Below, piece by piece: positions 61,621-64,000 of a stretch of DNA of 64,000 nucleotides (positions within the stretch are counted from its first letter, which is position 1; each line of letters begins with the position of its first letter). The notes beneath the pieces were generated by a model. The model searched no databases. It was given only the letters and a program-made list of their open reading frames with translations, and was not told the origin of the DNA. The stretch lies in NCBI RefSeq assembly GCF_036365525.1, contig NC_090404.1, forward strand, positions 12,428,550-12,492,549, read 5' to 3'. The position numbers and the translations under genes are program-made. This DNA is from Heterodontus francisci (lineage: Eukaryota).

Positions 61621-62089
61621 TTTAGCTTAAAAGCTTTAAACTGTCAACTGCACCGAGTGTGTATCCCTCTTGTCTGTTTAATCTGTGTCTCTTCTTTCCC
61701 TCTCTGTTCCTGTCTCTTCCTAATTCTATACTCCAACATTTCTATCTTAGTTGCATCTCTGCTGCTGTTTCTCATTCTTTCTCGCCCTCTCTCTCCGTCT
61801 ATATCTCTGCCTCTTTCTGTCTATCTCAGATGCAGACTTAATTGAAATGTGTTGTCAAATATTTCTGTCAAAGTATTTGACAAAATAACATCAGATTGCT
61901 GTGGGTGGCATGTTTTTCTTGTCTTAAAGATTTCAAGCAGGGAGACAGTGAAAGAGAAAGCATCTGATCAGTCATTCAACAAGATTGTTACTGATCTACC
62001 TGCCACCCACCCTCCAACAGTTTCCCCAGGATCTTTGATTCACCTAGTATCCAAAAATATATCCCTCACTGTCTTCAATATACTCAAGG

Positions 62090-62360
62090 ACTGAGCATCC
62101 ACAGCCTCCTGTTGTAGAGAATTTCAATCCTGAGTCATAAATGCCTGACGCCTTATTCTGAGACTGTGACTACTGGTGCTGGAACCCCCAACCAGGAGAA
62201 ACATCTTTCCAGTAGCTACCGTGTCAAATCTCTTAAGAGTATTATATGTTTCAATATTATCACTTCGAATTCTTCTAAACTCGAGTGAATAGAGGCCTAG
62301 TCTACTCAGTTTCTCCTCATAGGACAATCATAGAATCAGTCTAGTGAATCTACATTGCAC
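62090..62360 (-). mobile_element. older CR1 3' fragment
   Basis: ORF SYEEKLSRLGLYSLEFRRIRSD. Confidence 0.75.
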
Positions 62361-62361
62361 T

Positions 62362-63696
62362 CAAAGAACAAAGAACAAAGATAATTACAGCACAGGAACA
62401 GGCCCTTCGGCCCTCCAAGCCTGCGCCGATCCAGATCCTCTCTCTAAACATGTCGCCTATTTTCTAAGGTTCTGTATCTCTTTTCTTCCTGCCCATTCAT
62501 GTATCTGTCTAGATACATCTTAAAAGACTCCATCGTGCCCGCATCTACCACCTCCGCTGGCAATGCGTTCCAGGTGCCCACCACCCTCTGCGTAAAGAAC
62601 TTTCCACGCATATCCCCCCTAAACTTTTCCCCTTTCACTTTGAACTCGTGTCCTCTAGTAATTGAAACCCCCACTCTGGGAAAAAGCCTCTTGCTATCCA
62701 CCCTGTCGATACCTCTCATGATTTTGTACACCTCAATCAGGTCCGCCCTCAACCTCCGTCTTTCTAATGAAAATAATCCTAATCTGCTCAACCTCTCTTC
62801 ATAGCTGGCGCCCTCCATACCAGGCAACATCCTGGTGAACCTCCTCTGCACCCTCTCCAAAGCATCCACATCCTTTTGATAATGTGGCGACCAGAACTGT
62901 ACGCAGTATTCCAAATGTGGCCGAACCAAAGTCCTATACAACTGTAACATGACCTGCCAACTCTTGTACTCAATGCCCCGTCCGATGAAGGAAAGCATGC
63001 CGTATGCCTTCTTGACCACTCTATTTACCTGCGTTGCCACCTTCAGGGAACAGTGGACCTGAACACCCAAATCTCTCTGGACATCAATTATCCCCAGGAC
63101 TTTTCCATTTACTGTATAGTTCACTCTTGAATTGGATCTTCCAAAATGCATCACCTCGCATTTGCCCTGATTGAACTCCATCTGCCATTTCTCTGCCCAA
63201 CTCTCCAATCTATCTATATTCTGCTGTATTCTCTGACAGTCCCCTTCACTATCTGCTACTCCACCAATCTTAGTGTCGTCTGCAAACTTGCTAATCAGTC
63301 CACCTATACTTTCCTCCAAATCATTAATGTATATCACAAACAACAGTGGTCCCAGCACGGATCCCTGTGGAACACCACTGGTCACACGTCTCCATTTTGA
63401 GAAACTCCCTTCTACTGCTACTCTCTGTCTCCTGTTGCCCAGCCAGTTCTTTATCCATCTAGCTAGTACACCTTGGACCCCAAGCGCCTTCACTTTCTCC
63501 ATCAGCCTGCCATGGGGAACCTTATCAAACGCCTTACTGAAGTCCATGTATATGACATCGACAGCCCTTCCCTCATCAATCAACTTTGTCACTTCCTCAA
63601 AGAATGCTATTAAGTTGGTAAGACATGACCTTCCCTGCACAAAACCATGTTGCCTATCACTGATGAGCCCATTTTCTTCCAAATGGGAATAGATCC
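62362..63696 (-). mobile_element. young 5'-truncated CR1 LINE, near-identical to 1-1285
   Basis: 412-aa open RT frame 62444-63682; 7 aa differences from ORF 14-1210; (AAAGAAC)n tail. Confidence 0.95.
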
Positions 63697-64000
63697 TTCT
63701 CAGGCAAAGCTGTTATTAATGTAGGACTCAACTATCGAAGAGTGCCTATGCACTTGGGTTTTTGTATGGGTAGTTTGTTAATTTCATCTCCATTTTATTA
63801 CAAAAGATCATGATCTCTTCCCGAATTAGTAGTTTGAATGGCGGCGCTTTTACCCAGCATTCCCCGTGAAATTGAATGTGCCTGATTGACGCTGCAGGAG
63901 GACATATTGCAGGCGCAGCGCTGGACTGCATCTGGAGCATGAGCAGTATCATGGATGAGAGCTGTGCGAGTGTTCGTGGTTCTTTTGCAGCGGGTGAAAG

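Noticed and set aside
1-64000. Whole window as one giant palindrome
   Set aside because: Only the TE copies and the 2-kb V cassette are mirrored; the unique sequence between them is not.

Overview
Eukaryotic, repeat-rich vertebrate DNA that reads as part of a cartilaginous-fish (shark-type) T-cell receptor alpha/delta locus; the species cannot be named from sequence alone. The window holds about 11 V gene segments in both orientations. Three are open: 18314-18783 (+), 26371-26836 (-) and a 'supporting' Vdelta at 43669-43974 (+) with no conventional leader. The rest are pseudogenes or relics, most with recognisable 23-type RSSs. A complete NAR-TCR-type cassette is present: leader + IgNAR-like V (31731-32201, frameshifted), a 12/12 D (32584-32599), a NAR-like J (32983-33035) and the downstream supporting Vdelta. 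The most unusual structures are (i) a 5-copy, 63-bp tandem array of whole 23-RSSs directly behind the supporting Vdelta, (ii) two open V genes each bracketed by ~250-bp inverted repeats, within an inverted ~2-kb duplication, (iii) several minimal hammerhead-ribozyme motifs in Penelope-like elements, (iv) a V gene split by a solo LTR and (v) a possible decayed J cluster at 56.5-58 kb. The remainder is mostly CR1 LINEs, other LINE fragments, tRNA-derived SINEs, a gypsy-like relic and minisatellites. Most ORFs in the supplied track are LINE fragments or antisense artefacts. All alignments and counts were made by eye, and repeat boundaries are approximate.
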